Origin: Nitrospirota bacterium
Lineage (GTDB): Bacteria > Nitrospirota > Thermodesulfovibrionia > Thermodesulfovibrionales > UBA9159
Direction of reading: 5' to 3'
DNA length: 64,000 nucleotides
NCBI GenBank assembly: GCA_963699545.1
Contig: CAVOUE010000004.1
Coordinates: 1-64,000 of the forward strand
A model generated the notes under the pieces. The model did not search any database. It worked only from the letters and a program-made list of their open reading frames with translations, and had not been told where the DNA came from. The translations under genes and the position numbers were made by a program. This document shows, piece by piece, positions 61,938-64,000 of this stretch. Numbering within the stretch: the first letter of the stretch is position 1; each line of letters starts with the position of its first letter.

Positions 61938-62355
61938 TTATGATTCATCTTTATTGGTCTTATGTTTCGACCGATCGAAAAACCTAACTTTCGCTTCTTC
62001 TTTCTCCAGGAAGTCCTGAAAGTCCTTATAGAACTTCCAGAAAAGGCTGATGGCTTGCTCTCCCGCTTCAGTCAGCTCTGTGCACCGCCTCCATTCTTGC
62101 CTCCCGTAGCTGTCTCAACAAGAGGTTCCGGGGCCTGTCTGTTCATCGAGTCCACGAGTTCCCAGGCGTGCCGGTACGACATCATCCATTGACTTTGGCC
62201 GCCTTTGTTATAGAGCCATGTTCCCGTATTCGTTCGAGGAGGACTATCCGGCCATACCCCAGGAAGGTCCCCTCTTTGCCATCGATCCAGATACGTCCCC
62301 TGCAGTGGTAAGACGGTTTGTTGACTCTGGATTTGCGAATAGGTTCCCCTGTCAT
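61938..62355 (-). CDS. ModE-like winged-helix regulator, frameshift near 62190
   Basis: G.GR..LL..I...GSITKAAK, MSYRHAWELVDSMN, GGKNGGGA.LT; no TOBE domain. Confidence 0.82.
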
Positions 62356-62358
62356 AAG

Positions 62359-62382
62359 CGTAATATACAACAGGGAATAACG
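62359..62382. promoter_or_regulatory. ModE-type operator overlapping the promoter
   Basis: Imperfect palindrome CGTAATATACAACAGGGAATAACG just upstream of the ModE-like gene. Confidence 0.55.
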
Positions 62383-62504
62383 AAAAGACAAGACGGTGAC
62401 AGGTGTTCAGATGAGATGGTCGTGTACGAATGGACGGCAGTACCCACCATGGCCGACCGGCAGGAATGCCTGGGACTATGAATTCATATCAATACGATGG
62501 AACG

Positions 62505-63866
62505 TCAAAGGACGGCAACCCTGTCCCTTCCCTGCTCCTTGGCCAGATAGAGTGCATCATCAGCGCGGGAAAAAAGAACGTCGATATTCGGGTCATCGGA
62601 TTTCAGCATGGTCACCCCGGCGCTTATGGTGATGCTGACACTGGTGTTCTCGTCCCCAATGGGTTGCCCTTTTATCACATCACGCACCCTTTCAGCAATC
62701 GCGACCGTTTCTTCCCTGGCGGAGCCAGGAGAGACGATAAGGAATTCCTCTCCGCCTATTCTCCCCAGGAGGTCATACTCCCTCATGCCTGATTTCATCC
62801 TCAAAGCCACTGTCGCAAGGACGATGTCGCCAAAGCTGTGGCCATACGTATCGTTCAGGTGCTTGAAAAAGTCCAGGTCAAGCACAACCAGGCCCAGGGG
62901 ATGCCCCGCACGCCTGGCTCTCAGGAATTCTTCTCTCAATCGTTCCATGATATAGCGCCTGTTCCTCAGGTCGGTCAGTTCGTCGGTAATCGACATATGT
63001 GCAAGCTGCCGCTGGGACTCGCGAAGTCTCGAGACGAGCTTCCTCACCATGATGTAAACAACGAAAATAAGAAGGGCGATGATCAGGAGCGAGAGGACAA
63101 TGATCATCGCCCTGTTGGTTGTCATAGCATGCTCCAGCCCGGCAAGGGGAATGCTCACGCTGATTCCGCCCCTGACCTCTCCTTCCCTGTACCCTTCCTG
63201 TTGATGGCAGGGGATGCAGGCGCGCTCCACGAGGAGAGGCGCCATATAACGGTAGACAGGCAATGCAGCGTCCCTGTCGAAACGCCAGACCTCTTTAACC
63301 CCTTTTTCAAACTGCTGAAGGGCCTTCTGTTCAAAGGGGTCCGGCGCGTTCTCGGGGTTTAGGGGTTTGAGGCTGGTGATATGAAACTTCACGCCGCTTT
63401 TTTTCCCTGTGATCAGAGATATCTCCCTTGTCATCAGGGCAGGGTTTCTCATGGTGAACCTCCTGTTGCCCTCGCATGTCACATCAGGTTCGATCCCGAT
63501 CTGCCTCAGGTAAGGGTTCGACTCTACCCCTGTTCTTTTTTCCACATAGACGCTGCCGTATTGAGCATTCCATAGCCGTGTCTCGACGATCAGTGCAAAA
63601 TATGACCTCGCCTGTTCCCTGACCGTATCAAGCAAAAGCCCATTGCTTCTCAGGTAAATGCCGAGGAAGATAGCGGAAATAAAGAGCGATATGATCACGC
63701 TGAGACTGACCAGGAATACCGTGACCTCTTCAAAGCCCTTGAACGGTTTCGGCCATATGCGTAATGAGATGACGCACCCCCTTCGTCCTTTCGGGAGAGT
63801 AGACTCTTCCATTATACAACAGATGATGTTTAAGAGCGGGGAATCCGTCGTGCTGCCGCTTTTCAT
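62505..63866 (-). CDS. Diguanylate cyclase with periplasmic c-heme (DUF3365-like) domain; true start probably downstream
   Basis: NPALMTRE, SLKPLNP.N.PD, CIPCH, GGEEF. Confidence 0.88.
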   Translation of the reverse strand: MKSGSTTDSPLLNIICCIMEESTLPKGRRGCVISLRIWPKPFKGFEEVTVFLVSLSVIISLFISAIFLGIYLRSNGLLLDTVREQARSYFALIVETRLWNAQYGSVYVEKRTGVESNPYLRQIGIEPDVTCEGNRRFTMRNPALMTREISLITGKKSGVKFHITSLKPLNPENAPDPFEQKALQQFEKGVKEVWRFDRDAALPVYRYMAPLLVERACIPCHQQEGYREGEVRGGISVSIPLAGLEHAMTTNRAMIIVLSLLIIALLIFVVYIMVRKLVSRLRESQRQLAHMSITDELTDLRNRRYIMERLREEFLRARRAGHPLGLVVLDLDFFKHLNDTYGHSFGDIVLATVALRMKSGMREYDLLGRIGGEEFLIVSPGSAREETVAIAERVRDVIKGQPIGDENTSVSITISAGVTMLKSDDPNIDVLFSRADDALYLAKEQGRDRVAVL

Positions 63867-63905
63867 CGCCTTTACAAATAGGGGCTCTTCCTTTATTATT
63901 TATGC

Positions 63906-64000
63906 ATGAAGACACTGAGGCTCGCCCTTGCCCAGATTGACCTCACGGTGGGGGATTTGGAGGGCAATACCGAAAAAATCATCGCCTCTATCAGGAATGC
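63906..64000 (+). CDS. nadE: Glutamine-dependent NAD+ synthetase, 5' end
   Basis: MKTLRLALAQIDLTVGDLEGN nitrilase-type N-terminus; only 31 codons visible. Confidence 0.7.
   Translation, partial: MKTLRLALAQIDLTVGDLEGNTEKIIASIRN

Overview
Bacterial chromosomal window from a Gram-negative anaerobe. The gene set (LolA, GmhA, multiheme cytochromes, TIGR04190-type radical SAM, W/Mo transport) suggests Nitrospirota/Thermodesulfovibrionia or a deltaproteobacterium; this is inference. In order: a flavin/nitroreductase cluster; lolA-tsaD; a heme-c sensor kinase with a sigma-54 response regulator; a mini-Hmc-like plus split CbcL-like cytochrome electron-transfer operon with its own heme-c sensor two-component system; an atypical F1Fo ATP synthase operon (delta-alpha fusion, Gly-poor c subunit) between two near-identical, independently inserted IS3 copies; housekeeping genes (thyA, argH, gmhA, ruvCAB, uppP); a hybrid Mo/W transport locus with three TupA paralogs; a heme-c diguanylate cyclase; and the 5' end of nadE. 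The best candidate for an undescribed system lies at about 37-46.4 kb plus 55.4 kb. It has a highly divergent DsrAB-like siroheme enzyme whose B subunit has Glu at the bridging-Cys position, an MtaA/CmuA-type methyltransferase, a cytochrome c'-beta, a one-Cys DsrC/TusE protein, a small Cys-rich protein and a DUF438 hemerythrin/PAS protein. Five promoters in this set share a TATGA-N6-TCATA Crp/Fnr-type box at the same distance from a -10 element, and a Crp/Fnr regulator is encoded in the cluster. Many single-base frameshifts, including in tsaD, look like assembly errors. No rRNA, tRNA or CRISPR array was seen. All family names come from motif recognition, not database searches.
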